NCBI GenBank assembly: GCA_040954595.2
Contig: CM082577.2
Coordinates: 16,871,903-16,935,902, forward strand
DNA: 64,000 bases
Origin: Balanoglossus misakiensis
Lineage: Eukaryota > Animalia > Hemichordata
Direction of reading: 5' to 3'
This document shows, piece by piece, positions 36,590-49,825 of this stretch. Both the position numbers and the translations under genes were made by a program. Each line of letters opens with the position of its first letter. Within the stretch, counting starts at the first letter, position 1. The notes under the pieces are model-generated. The model had not been told where the DNA came from, did not search any database, and saw nothing but the letters and a program-made list of their open reading frames with translations.

Positions 36590-37031
36590 TTAACGATAGA
36601 TTTATTCACTTGGGCGCGAACAAGTAAATTAATAGGTGACGTTATATGTTACGCCTATTATATATCCAATTTTGACAACAGGGACGTCATTGTACGCAAA
36701 AGGCTGTGGAGAAACGTCAGGAGATAATTTGAACACGTAACAATATGCAGATATCACAAGATGTTGGCAGATGGTGCTCAAAGGTATAACGTGTTTTGAC
36801 ATCTTTCCACAAGGCCAACCCATGCTCAGGGAAAATGATTTGCAGAGCGAATCCATGCGTGGTCGTTGAGATTGATTGACGGACATCTTTTTATTGCTAA
36901 GCGAACGTAGAGAGAGAGAGCGTAATCAATACCATTGTCGTTAAGCCATCCTCGAACACGCACTTCAAAGACAATTCATAAAAAAATTCATTCTCCCGTC
37001 AATTACTTGACACATTCTCAAGAAGCCCATG

Positions 37032-37185
37032 TATATAAGTGTTTTCGTCAGACAGTCAACACACCTTTTAAGAGAGAGAGGGGAGTCGTGACTTCAACAT
37101 CTGTTCAGCAATCCGCGCAACAGCAAGAAACACCTTTGCCTGCTGTCTCAGCTTGATTCTGTCTGTACCTGATCATATCACTCAG
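37032..37185 (+). promoter_or_regulatory. Probable TATA box and non-coding first exon of the LRR-Ig gene
   Basis: TATATAA at 37032-37038, donor CAG/GTAATT after 37185, and acceptor TTTGTCTTCAG/ at 39219, 37 nt before the ATG. Confidence 0.5.
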
Positions 37186-39256
37186 GTAATTTATTTTACA
37201 AATCTTTGTCAACCGCGTCCAAATATGGCTTATTCTCTGTCAGAAGATCGTTCAAACTTCTGCATTTGTTTCCAGGACCCGGTAAATTTCTGACCACGAA
37301 TGATAATCAATATGAGATCCGTTTTGATTTCGTCTTAAGTTAGCCCGAGAGGTATATATGGTCATTTCATCCCTAATTTTAGAAAAGGGAAAATCATTTA
37401 AATTTTAATGATATTTAAGGGTGACAAATCCTCAACAAAGAAACCGAAACCGAAAGCCTGTTACCTTTCTTTGAAGCCATTGTTTAACACCACAAGCGCT
37501 GCCATTTTTACGTATTTGTTTAAAAAATCTTAAATATTTTCTTCATATCAGTTAAAATCATCTACATTAAGCCATTTTACTTGTCTTTGCATAAGTGTAA
37601 GCGATGCATAGCCCACGAGTTGTGTTATCTTGCTATGGGGACCGATTAAAATGGTGCGACACCCGTTTTATGTATACCATGTTCAAATTGCAATGTGCAG
37701 TCACAATAAGATGTTGAAGGAAACATTCATGTAGGCCTATCAGTGACTATTTGTAAGCTTATTCAAATGGGTCAATCTATTAAAGCTTATAAGTAGAAAT
37801 GTGGCACCAGCACACATGGGGCTGTAACAGTGGTGTGTGTGGCAACATTTCTCAGTGTGTCATGATGTGTTACTTTGAATTTCTCTTAAATGATGATATT
37901 GTATCTAATTACGAACTTAGAATTCTGGACACACATAATCAGGCATATTCCGGCGCCTTTTGCTTGTTAGACCAATTCAGGTTTCAATTCATATTAACGA
38001 AATCCAAAGTAAATGTTGTTTCAAGTACAATGATGTTGGATGCACCCGGCCCCCGGCCTAAACTTTTCGTTGTCGACATTACCATCGTGAAACTGTAGTC
38101 TGGAGCCGTCGATATTTGAGTGCAATAAGGTTTATCTCATTTTTACAAAACCAGGTGGAAGTGCATTATTTGAGACAGGCTTAGGTTATGATTCAATCAC
38201 GCATTTTCCGATTCCTTCTCAAAAGAGAATACATTTTGCCACCGTGCACGGAAAATCAGGAGCGATTCTGTATTCGTGTCCATGTGATATTAATAGTCTA
38301 GGCCAAAGTCATTCAAAGAACATTAGCTTGTGGTTTCATTTTCAATATTTTTGTTCTATTTACTCAAATGAAATTTCTTGTTCTACTCCAAATAGCGTGT
38401 CAATATACTTACTTACTCCACTGTCAAAATTGCTGTATGTGTGTAATGGCCATTGTTATTGTTGGTATATTAATTCTAATCCGAACTTGAGTTCAAATTT
38501 TGCTCAATAACATTGCTGATTATACATATAGTTTGTATCAATGAGCACAATACTGACTATTTCATCATGCTTTAGGGATTTGAAACTGCAGTAGATAGAA
38601 AAAAAAACATACTGAAACGTAGCAAAAAATTACAGCTAATGGAGCTTTAATGCAATTATCGAAACTGTTAATGGCTTACAATCGACCGCTATAGTCTAGC
38701 AGAATTAACCGATTTGTCAAACAATGCGATAAGACAATTTACGGACGGGTGTTCAGTTGTTTAGTATGAATTGCTTGCCACGCCCTTGTGATTAGCCCAT
38801 GCATTTGTTTGTCCCAGCAGACACAAAGAGTTCAAATTGTTTTTTGTTTGTCGGCTTATCGGTTTATCGTCATTAATTGTTTAATTAGACTCATTCTGTA
38901 TCTCTATTATCCATATCTGTCAATTTCCTAGCATAATCTCCAACTGGGTGCGTGTCCTGCAGGCAGCTTTGGTGTCCACGTATAAAAAAGAGTCCTAGTA
39001 CAAATGTATACATCGACCCCTCGGCAGCTTCCCGAAGCCTCTTCGTAGTTTCATCGAAAATCAGGTTACCATAAGTAATGAAGCAAGCAAGTGTGCACAC
39101 GACACTATTTAGCCAACTCTGCTTAGAATGGATGGATCGTTACGTTAGACAATGTATTATACCCCCCCCCCCACCACCACAGGTTGTCAACTATATGTAT
39201 ATGTAATATTTGTCTTCAGGGGACGACGTCAACCGCCGTGGACACTGAAGTGCATC

Positions 39257-41521
39257 ATGGAGGATTCGCGAAGGATCACTTTGGTTGTTTTTATTTCAAC
39301 ACTACTGCAAGCAACACAAGGGTGTCCATCAGGCTGCGTTTGCTTTGGGACCACGGTTTCCTGCGCATACCGAGACATGACTGCCGTCCCTCCCGACATA
39401 CCATTGGCCACCACAATTCTCCACCTCGGCGATAACCTTTTGACACGTATTGAAAATGGCTCTTTCATCAGCAATCCCCACGTGGCACAGCTGTATCTGA
39501 ATTCCAATCAAATTGACCACATAGAAGAGCGTGCATTTACCGGTCTTCAACGCTTGACCATTCTGTTCCTAAACAGCAACCGTTTGGCTTCTTTGTCCGA
39601 GAATGTTTTCGGTGAGCTGCCTCAGCTGGTTCACCTTGACTTAGAGCAGAACAGGATAAGTGCATTACCAGAAACTGTACTAGACAATTGCCAGGAACTG
39701 ACAATACTCCGACTTGATCGCAACCAAATCACAACACTCCCGAACGACATATTTAAGAAAACGGTCAAATTAACAATAATAGACTTATCTTACAATCTAC
39801 TCACGTATTTACCAGGAACTGTCTTCCATGGCCTAACAAATCTGGAAGACATTACTCTAAATGACAATAAGCTCACTTGTCTCCCGGACATTTTATTTCA
39901 CGGCCTGGTAAATATTCAACGACTAAAATTGTCCAATAATGAGATCATCCTATTACATGAAAATATGTTTCGTGACGTAGGAGAACTAACCATGTTGCTT
40001 CTGAGCAGTAATTCTATACATTCGCTGCCAGAAACCATTTTCCATGGGCTGTCTAAGTTAAAAATCCTAAGTTTATCAGTCAATGCTCTCACATCTTTGC
40101 CAGAAAAGACTTTTCATGGGTTACATCAGTTGACAAACATCAATCTGCGGGATAATAATATTTCAACACTACCCGGAAATATTGTCCAAGAACAAGGCCA
40201 ATTACAAGCATTATGCTTGTATGGTAACCCATGGTCTTGTGACTGTCGTTTAAGGGACTTCATGGCATGGTTGAATGCTGAAGACAGATGGATAAACTTC
40301 GGCTATGAAAATGAAGTTACGAGATGCAAATCACCGGGTCTCCTTGCAGGACGTGATATGTTGCAGATTCCTTTAGAGAATTTTACATGTTACCCACTTC
40401 CGGTATTCAACGCACCAATCAAAACAATCATCACTGCAATTGGCAACAATGTAACTATGGACTGTGACGTATTTGGCGTGCCGGGACCCGATAGATATTG
40501 GATCAGTCCTGCAGGCAAGATTATCCGAAGTCAAACGGAGAACACATGCTCTGAAGAAAAGATTGTTCAACATGAAAACGGAAGCCTCTTCATCCCATCA
40601 GTAGAGATGTCAGAGTTGGGTTCGTATACGTGCGTGGCAACGAACTCGGAAGGGACATCCTTAGGAATTAGAATACTTAACAGGAATTCCACGGGACAGC
40701 CTATTCAAATTGGAACAACAGAAACCATGCCATCAACACCTGCAGACATATCAACGGTTTTCAAAGTTGACACTGCTCTCAAAACGGAAAAGCCTCCAGA
40801 AGGGCCAGTGTCAGGAGCCATCATACCACCAACAGCTCCCAATCACAACACAAGTCCAAGAATGGTCAATGCTGGCACAAAAGCAAGTGCAACAGATGAA
40901 GATACAGGTGAAGATGGAACTGCAGGTACAGATTCAGATACGGATACAACTGCAGATGTAGATGCAGGTACATATATAACTTCAGCTATAGGTACAGATA
41001 TATATATAGATACAGATGGAAATACGGACAGAGAGACATTTATAGATGCAGGAAGCGAAACATACGCAAATACTGCAGGTACTGATACAGATACAGATGC
41101 GGATACTTCTGGTATAGCTTCGGGAACGGATACAACTACTGGTATAACTGTGCATACAAACAGGCATATCGGTCAATTATCAACAGACGTGGCTGTCACA
41201 ACAGAAGGCTCAAGCATCACAACACAACCGGTGATTACTGATGAAGGGAAACCTACGGCAGCATCAACAAATGGCGCAGAGTTCGCATCGATCCAACCTG
41301 TGAACGGCTACACAGTGGTTGGCTTTTTTCTTGGAATGTTCACCGCCTTGGCGTCAGTTGGAACAGTGTTTGCGATCAGGTATTGCCGTCGTAAAGCGGT
41401 TACCAAGTCCCACAGCAAGACAGCGGGAGGTGTTCTGGAAGGTATCAACGACAGAAGCCGCTCTACCAAAGGCGATTCCACCACGGAGGTTTACTCCGAA
41501 ATTGCTTTGCCAGAAATATAA
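39257..41521 (+). CDS. Single-coding-exon LRR-Ig transmembrane receptor
   Basis: Signal peptide MEDSRRITLVVFISTLLQATQG, LRRNT CPSGCVC, about 12 LxxLxLxxN repeats, LRRCT NPWSCDC, Ig domain (C..W..YTCVATN), Thr/Asp-rich stalk, TM segment and a short tail ending VYSEIALPEI. Confidence 0.95.
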   Translation: MEDSRRITLVVFISTLLQATQGCPSGCVCFGTTVSCAYRDMTAVPPDIPLATTILHLGDNLLTRIENGSFISNPHVAQLYLNSNQIDHIEERAFTGLQRLTILFLNSNRLASLSENVFGELPQLVHLDLEQNRISALPETVLDNCQELTILRLDRNQITTLPNDIFKKTVKLTIIDLSYNLLTYLPGTVFHGLTNLEDITLNDNKLTCLPDILFHGLVNIQRLKLSNNEIILLHENMFRDVGELTMLLLSSNSIHSLPETIFHGLSKLKILSLSVNALTSLPEKTFHGLHQLTNINLRDNNISTLPGNIVQEQGQLQALCLYGNPWSCDCRLRDFMAWLNAEDRWINFGYENEVTRCKSPGLLAGRDMLQIPLENFTCYPLPVFNAPIKTIITAIGNNVTMDCDVFGVPGPDRYWISPAGKIIRSQTENTCSEEKIVQHENGSLFIPSVEMSELGSYTCVATNSEGTSLGIRILNRNSTGQPIQIGTTETMPSTPADISTVFKVDTALKTEKPPEGPVSGAIIPPTAPNHNTSPRMVNAGTKASATDEDTGEDGTAGTDSDTDTTADVDAGTYITSAIGTDIYIDTDGNTDRETFIDAGSETYANTAGTDTDTDADTSGIASGTDTTTGITVHTNRHIGQLSTDVAVTTEGSSITTQPVITDEGKPTAASTNGAEFASIQPVNGYTVVGFFLGMFTALASVGTVFAIRYCRRKAVTKSHSKTAGGVLEGINDRSRSTKGDSTTEVYSEIALPEI

Positions 41522-41608
41522 CCCTGTTGCAACAGGTAACCGCATCCATGCATGTCGACCGAATTCATGCTATCTGAGTGAAGACGTGCTGAAGAGAGAG
41601 GCGAACCA

Positions 41609-41754
41609 ATGGACCACTTCGCGGATAGCGTAACGCAGGGTGTTGTGGGACAATTTGCGTTCTGAGCGCGTGCGTTAGCCATGTACTAGACGCTATGTTT
41701 AACGCAAATTATACCATCATGCATTGCAGATACCCTATCCGCGAAGTGGTCTAT
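41609..41754. mobile_element. ~145-bp MITE-like element in the 3' region of the LRR gene
   Basis: 20-bp inverted repeat AT(G/A)GACCACTTCGCGGATAG. No clear TSD. Confidence 0.65.
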
Positions 41755-42375
41755 GTTCATATTTCTAAAATCAAAATTCACGCTTTGGCAGCTTTCTTGA
41801 TTCAGTGATAAATATTTAAACTATGTTATGTGTACATTACACAATTCAGGCATTCCGAACACTGAAACACGTCAAATTTGAATGTCGTTTTATACGTGTA
41901 CATGCATACATGTGATGATCACTGTTATTGTTGGCGAAAGAGTAAGAGTTTGGACTTGAAGTTAATTTTTAAGTAAAATAATGCTGATTTTGCGTATGTG
42001 GGTTCGTTTGAAGGTAACGGGAAATTTGTCCACATGACTTGTGAACGGTTAAACCGTAGTTCATTAGTTCATACAAAGGGAAACATTTATTTTCCCATAC
42101 AATAGTTGTGTTTATAATATACCTCATGCTAATACTGTGCCGTGATTCGCCAGAATCCGTCACGTGATAGGAAAATAGAATCGACTATGAACCGCTAGGG
42201 AAATAGCAGAAAAAATATAAACCGGTCACGTGACCAGCGTGAGTGCGCGCGCAGACTCGGTCACGTCAATCAGCGTCGCGTCGTCCGACACAATGGCCAC
42301 AGCGGAAGATGTAGTCTGCCAACCTCAAGAGAAAATTGCAAGATTTTCCCAGCTGTTAGCATGAGGTTTATTATA

Positions 42376-42568
42376 AAACACCTATAGCCTGGCCTATATT
42401 CGGGCCATAGCGGCCGTTTTTACCCCCTGGTGACTGTGAGTTACCAGAATCATATGCTATTTCCCTCGGCCTGCGGCCTCGGGAAATAGCATATGATTCT
42501 GGTAACTCACAGCCCCTCGGGTGTAATAAACGGCCGCTATGGCCCTCATGGCCAGGCAATAGGTGTTC
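42376..42568. repeat. ~190-bp imperfect hairpin ending a hairpin-type element (body probably starts near 42115)
   Basis: AACACCTATAGCCTGGCC...GAGTTACCAGAATCATATGCTATTTCCC-TCGGCCTGCGGCCTC-GGGAAATAGCATATGATTCTGGTAACTC...GGCCAGGCAATAGGTGTT. Confidence 0.88.
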
Positions 42569-44415
42569 ATTATGGTAAGGGAATTAACTCAAGGGTAAAT
42601 ATCCAGGCGATGGTGTGTAAGTAGCTTTGGTATAAAACACACATTCCAAGGGTAAAGTTTGGTAAAGTTTAAGAATAAAGAGAAATGTTTCAATAGACCA
42701 TTATATCCGAACTGCTCGAAACCTGTGTGCCAAGGCAACTTATATAAGAGGACATTCTCATGTGACATAGGACGAAAAAACATTTGTCGTGTTCGACGGC
42801 ACAACAGTTACAATTTATGTTTAACTCAGTACCTATTATAGTTTCCCATAGTTGAACTTGTATTACTAGGCTAGCAACCAGTTGCTTCGGTAATTGACCA
42901 ACTCTCGTGAGATCTCGGACAATCATCTATTCCTCGAGTAGTAAAGATGTTACACGGCTATTACGCATCTTTTATTGATTACTTATGTTATAGTTTTGAG
43001 GGTTTACATAATATGAAATTTACATAAACAATATAATGGTTTGATGAACATTTATTTGTAGGTATTTGCATTAATATTCAAAACATATTAAGGAACTTAC
43101 ATCCTTTTAAAGTCCTCATCGTTAATATTAGATAATCAGCTCATCTTTTGGGTTACTGTATTATGAATGAAGTACCAATATGGCACCCCAATAATAGACA
43201 ATAATCCTTAAACCCCGGTGCGGAAAGTCCTGGGGTTCGGATTAACGTGTGTTTGTATAGTTGTTTATTTGGGAGTGGTCGTCGTGCATAATGACTGTGT
43301 AATTGCTCTCATGTACACAGAAAATAATTGAACACTTCACACTTCCACGCGATTGACAACTGTTTGAATGGCGTGGTTATTGTTTCCCAGGGACGCTTCT
43401 GAAAAGCACTGAAACCAGATTTCTCCCAAAATCATCGTTGTTTCATAAGCTCGTGTACTTTTTCGTCGATAACTTTATGTTGTGTGTGTTTATAAAGCCA
43501 ACTACTGTCGTTGTGTGGTGTAATTCTTTATGCTTGGACCTGTTTGGGCCGATTTTCATAGAGCCAAGATCGTTGGTGTTGTCTGTTGTCAGTCAAACGG
43601 CATTAAGATTCGCCACTGATTTGGGGGGTCTTTTATACCCCGCACCGGGGTTTAAGATGCACGGTAGTAAATGCACGTTTGTCTGATGCAATAGGTGAAT
43701 CCGTATGTATTGAAGTACATGTACATAATTCGATATATTATTGTATATTAACACACCTAATATACACTTATTGGTTCTTTAGAGAAGCGGTGAAAAAAAT
43801 CGGCAATAAAGGCAGACTCAGTAGTGTCATGTGTTTAAAACTTGTAAGTTTGTCGTTTTTAGCGACTACTTTAAACACTCCAGGGAAACTTTGTCCGATT
43901 GTTTCGAAATTTGGTGGGACAAAGTCTTTCTCTCGCTCCCCTTTTCCCTTAATTACGTTTGATACGAGACACCGTTTTTGTTATTCTACATGTGGATATA
44001 GAGTGAATCAACATTTAAACACACACAATTTCCATCCCGTTTGTAAGATATGAGGGTAAAATTCACGCCAAAATGAATAAATGGTTTCTCAGATTGCATA
44101 CCACAACGCCTTGGTCACAGATTCTTACGTGTGCGGAAACTGGTCACAGAACCGAGTGTTGTGGTGTCTGGTAAATTTAGTTGACCCGACACGATAGGGA
44201 CCAGCTTGCGTATGTATGCGAATTTTCTCTGTGGTGTGTGAACGGCTTGTACCGCCAAGGTCTAGTATAGCCGGACAAAACCCGGCCAGATACTAGACTC
44301 GTAAACTGCAAAACAAATACCAGACTCAACCTGGAGCTACAGTACTACAGCTAAAATGTGCTGTACGTTGAATTGACCATGTAAATGTCATGTCTGACCT
44401 AAGAACTTTCGTTAA

Positions 44416-45914
44416 GGGACTGTCCAGAATTTACTTCCAGGGGGAGGCCGGAGGATTTTCAGGGGGGCCACCCATTTTCCCCAAGAAAAATTAGGGGGGG
44501 GGGTAGACATAAAAATCACAATCCTTTAGGGGGGCCATGTAAAAAACCCTCACAAACTCAATATTTGCCCAGAAGTACTGATTTATAAGAAACAAGCCAC
44601 CATGGCTACCTTGATGACAGATGAAATCCACAAGTGTATTAAATCTTCATAAGCTGGAATTTACTCTTAAGATGTGTTGACCTCAAAGTATTTGTCGATT
44701 TCTTTACTATTTTGTTCAAAATTGCATAATATATGGGCAAGAATTCTGATTCCTACAAACTAAAATAATACGCAATATTTATTTTAAAAATGTCTTTTTG
44801 TTTGCAGTCTGAATCGTGCTTCTCTACAATTTTTGTGAGGCTCAACACAGTCGAATTTGCAATTTCTGTCTCATTGAAAAGATATTAATGGCACCCTGCT
44901 TTCTGGTAATATTAAACTTAAAGAGACATTAGCTTTAACTTCTGTATGTTTTAGTCCTCTGTGTCAAGTGCACTTTATTGGTCTATTCCTCAGAGTATGC
45001 TCATGTGTAACAGCAAATATTCTGCCTGTGATGTACCTATTGTTTTGATTATAGTACAAACACATAAAATTACCGGTATATTATTTTGTGCCACCCAAAA
45101 TTGTTAAAAAAAAGTGTTTAAAAAAAACATAAAATTGTGCATGACTACATTATTGTTTTAATTTACCCATTGAAAAACAAGAAACATTTTATTCATGCTT
45201 TTGCCAAAACTTGCAATATATTTTGAAAATACTGTAAAGGACACAATCTCATGTTTGATTTGAATTTTCGAAAAAAATACTTGATTGTTGATTGTTAAAA
45301 GGAGAAAGTAAAATGTGAAATTGTTAAACAATTGATTATTGTCAATTTCCTGAGACTGTCACACATAACCCATTGAAAAATGCTGTATTGAAAAATATAA
45401 AACAAATACTATGTCACTCTGCTTGATAGTTAGATACAACGATCATAATTGTATTTTTTCCTTGGAAAAACCTCTGATGCAAAATTGCTGACGCAGCGTT
45501 TTTGACATGGCTTATTTGCAACTATTAAGTGTTTGATGTAGTGGACATAGTGACAGGAATTTTTGTAAAATTACAATCTTAGTTGCCAATTGCTAGGCTT
45601 CCCAAATGTGTGCCTCTTGCAGTCCCTGCAAAAACATGATTTTTAACTGTCCCCTGTAAAATTGGTTATATCAGTGAGTAAATGATCTCTTGATTGTTCT
45701 TGCAAAGGGTGATGAACTTGTCACATTGTATGTGACGTAGTCTGTAAGTATGCATGTATATATTGGGGGGGGGGCATTGAAAAAACTCAGAAAATTTAAG
45801 GGGGGGGGGGCACAGATTTCCTCCACAATTTACTAGGGGGCCATGGAAAAAAAAATCACCAGGAAAATTAGAAATCCTCCAGCCCCACCCTGGAAGTAAA
45901 TTCTGGACAGTCCC
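44416..45914. mobile_element. 1.5-kb non-autonomous TIR element flanked by TAA/TTA (Harbinger-like)
   Basis: 27-bp perfect TIR GGGACTGTCCAGAATTTACTTCCAGGG. Confidence 0.85.
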
Positions 45915-46763
45915 TTAGATGATTGAAATTACATAATGTTATCTATAGAATGAAAGCTTCAGTAACTGTAAAGCAGTAGCCTTTTGCATGTTATTTGGGG
46001 CATTTGTTCTACGTTTCAACTACATATCATGGACATGTTTAAATACACCTAAAGTCGCCTCAAGTTCACAGCTAATGTAAACCATGGGCGTACACGTGTA
46101 TATACAACCTGCACAGTTATTCGGAACAAGTGGGTGACCTCTTTACACGTGGGCGCATTTGCCGCGCATATCAAAACGGCGCACCTATAACATTAGCTGC
46201 AGTGCCATAAGTCGAAGATTGGCCATGTTTAGGGGTGATTGCACGGCACTACACCTCAGCTCAGCATCAGGATAAACCTCGGTCTATGTTATTATCATCG
46301 AGCCTCTTTTTACCCGGCAGTTCTCGGGCAACCACAGGCAGTAATTACTAGGACCCAGCAACTATACTGTACTCATAACATATGTTCGTGGTCATTTCAC
46401 GTTGCAATTGTAGAAACGCAGTCATGCACAGCGTCAAAAACACGTACGTAAGTTACAGGTAGGCTTTCTAGAAGGGATAGTGTGTATAGAGCTCGATCAA
46501 AGGGCATAGTTTCACTGGGACATGCTAATTGTACGGTGGAAGTCATATGAACGGTTGTTTTTTGTGAGAGCGTTCGGAGGTATAGACTGAAGGACAATCT
46601 GAAAGCACGCGTGGGGTAAATAAACGGGCATTGGTATTTAGTGTGACCCTTCAAATCTTTGACAAATGTTGAAAAGAAAAAACCTGTCTAGTGTTGCCAT
46701 AGATCTGCGTGGTCCACTGTCAAAAGCGCGTGTGTACTCTCAACTTGAAAATTAGAAAGGCTG

Positions 46764-47006
46764 ACATACATACATACATACATACATACATACATACATA
46801 CATACATACATACATACATACATACATACATACATACATACATACATACATACATACATACATACATACATACATACATACATACATACATACATACATA
46901 CATACATACATACATACATACATACATACATACATACATACATACATACATACATACATACATACATACATACATACATACATACATACATACATACATA
47001 CATACA
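46764..47006. repeat. (ACAT)n microsatellite, about 60 units
   Basis: Read directly from the sequence. Confidence 0.99.
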
Positions 47007-47880
47007 CACACACACATACACACAAAGAAATGATGTACACACATGAGCTAATAAGGTGTGGAAAGTATATACAGGATAGGCCATTAATTCTGTTCAACGA
47101 TTTTATTGTACATAGTATCATCAGGGTGCAAAATTCAATCGAGATTATCTGGTGCTGTACTGACTTGTGATGACAGAAACAAAGGACCCCAAATACATTA
47201 CAATTAATGTTTATCCCTTGAATCTAAAGAGAACTGCATGCTGCCTGTATGACTGTTACCTATGATGACGTGTGACTTTATTATTGTTAGTCCGCAGTTA
47301 ATGACCAGCCATGGTTTTTTTATTCTTGTGACCGGAGGTGTTACTAAAATTGGAAACTCTTCGTCTGTATACCAGAGACATTATACATGTATGTACATTG
47401 TACACTGTTTTTCTATTAGCACTGAAATGATTCCTATTGGAATAACACGTGTCAAATAGTATAGGTAACAAAATAACCTCTGACTAAACTAGTATCTTAG
47501 CAGATCTTCTTCACCCACTTTTGTCTTCTTCCTATCAAGAAATAAAGATGTGAAGTTATCACCAGTCACAGTAAATAAACGACATAACATGACATTACAT
47601 CGCTGCATGAACCTGTGTTGATGAGCAGTTCACTTAAATGATCTCGAATGTCAGCTCGTCTCACCGCTAAACACAGCAGGTTCAGTTTTGATCAAAAGCA
47701 GTCACCCTACTTAAAGTGAGATGCTACATATCGAATGATTAGAAATTGAGTTTCGACAAGTCACTTGTTTATATTCTATCCGTGTATAGATTTGTTTATA
47801 TGTGATGTATTTGGGGGCAGGCACAGTTTTTAAAGGCGGTGGGCACCTATGTGACACACCTTGACTCTCTGTAAGAGCTT

Positions 47881-48080
47881 AACAAACAAACAAACAAACA
47901 AACAAACAAACAAACAAACAAACGAACAATTAAATAAATAATAAATAAATAAATAAGTAAGTAAATAAATAAATAAAAAATAAATAAATAAATAAATAAA
48001 TACACGAGGGAACGAATGGACGAACAAATAAGTGAATGAATGAATGAATGAATGAGAAAATAAATAAAGAAAGAAAGAAC
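47881..48080. repeat. Compound (AAAC)/(AAAT)/(GAAT) microsatellite
   Basis: Read directly from the sequence. Confidence 0.95.
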
Positions 48081-48669
48081 AAAAGGCGCAAATGCACAGA
48101 CTTTTATCACATAATGCATTTGTAACTGAAATCTCAGACATAATTGACGATTTGCCATTGTTTTACAAACTGTTTGAACAATTTACAAAATAGTTAAAAG
48201 AATTACAGAGTGTGGTTAGAATAATTGTAAATCTTTAGCTTGGACGACATTGTGCAATCATCACCAAGACTATATATTTTGCTGAGGTCAATGAACTTGA
48301 CTCAACCGACGATTTTCCCGCTATCAATTTCTTTAATACATGCATAAAAAATGTAAAAACTTTAGATCACTAGTGTCTAACGCGAAAATCTGTTTGAAGA
48401 GAAAAAAACTCACGCCCTTTGATTCCAGGAATTTCATGAGGTAGTTGTGAATACATGTATATACAAGCCTCTGAGAGGTGTTTGGAGAGAACACATTTTT
48501 CAACGATTATTTGCACGCATTGAAAAAATACTCGCAGATCATTTGCAAACCAAATCACAATATAGTGAAGTCAGTTATCTTGATGTTAAGCTTATACAAT
48601 TTTTTAAATGTAACAACCTCAATAAGCTATGGGGACTCGGGCAACAACGTCAGCACTTTCTTACCTGAT

Positions 48670-49825
48670 TTATAAGACAAATTCACAAATGAAGTAGTTG
48701 GGGAAGTAACAACTCCTATCATTCCATTTGTAGTCTGCCATCTCACTGTAAAATAAATATCATATGAATAACATCACGTAATTTTGTTGGTTGAATGGTA
48801 ACACATCCAGAAATCTAATATGTAAGATATGGTCTCTTGACTGGGACTAAGATTACTACTATAATTATAGTACACGTTTAGGGGGCATAGGTATAGGAGA
48901 CGACTGAAGTCCATCCTCTGCGAATCCACTGCGCAATTGCATTGCGTCGTTGTAAATTGATATGACAGTCACATAACTGACAGATTGGTTGCTATGGTAG
49001 CAACTTCCGCACATAGGCGCGCAATAAAAGAGATGAAGTGTTGTACAGCTGACCTGAGTTCAACGCAGTCTTCATTATCTTGGTTGTTGGGCTCCAGTCT
49101 AGCCCAGCTTCCCGTGTAACTCTGTTTTACTCCGTCGGATCGACACCAAACACCCTCTTCTTTGATGTCATTGACGTCAATCCAGTATCTTCCGGCTACA
49201 AATGACACGATAGTCAAATTCGCTAATCTGCAGTCAAAACCCTGCTCATGCACAGAAAGCAATGGTACCCGGAAATGCACAGTATTGCAAGTTAAGTGGC
49301 GCCGTTTGAATAATATGTAAATCAAATCATTCATACAAACCACCCTTCCAATTGAATTGGCATTGAAATAAATACGGTTACCAACACACGAATCGCTTTG
49401 ATTTCTTTTTAAACGGCAATACACACTTCCACAAAGATCCCGACCGTTTCATTCTATTATATGGCATGATATGACACGTGGAAAACTTATTACAGCATTT
49501 TACTACAGAAGTTGGTGAGTGAGAGATAGATTAATATTTAAATCATTAAATAATCTCCCCAAATGATTAATAACCGCATTTTAAAATTGCAACCGCAATA
49601 ATTCATAGTAGGCCTAAGTGCCCTCTTGCCTGGTTCGTCATTTGTGTCATATATCCAGCTAACAATGGCGATATCACGTTCAATATCAGGAACTCTTGCC
49701 AGACGGCCACCAATAAGACTCTGGCAATACTTCAATGCTCCAAAGTAAGTCTTTCTCAGGTAGACCACCTCATAGTGGCTAACTTCACCCTCGTTGGACA
49801 GCGTTGATGGAATTTCATTAATGAT
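48670..49825 (-). CDS. C-type lectin, single CTLD with EPN and WND motifs; first exon not resolved
   Basis: Exons 49825-49630 (GC donor), 49195-49054 and 48745-48670 splice in frame: ...ALKYCQSLIGGRLA...YWIDVNDIKEEGVW...WARLEPNNQDNEDCVELSEMADYKWNDRSCYFPNYFICEFVL*. Confidence 0.85.

Noticed and set aside
43060-44330. Region with LTR-like or retroelement-leader composition
   Set aside because: No paired repeat, TSD or coding remnant could be defined.
46688-48158. ORFs with MYVC/HTYI and FIYL repeats
   Set aside because: Translations of microsatellites.
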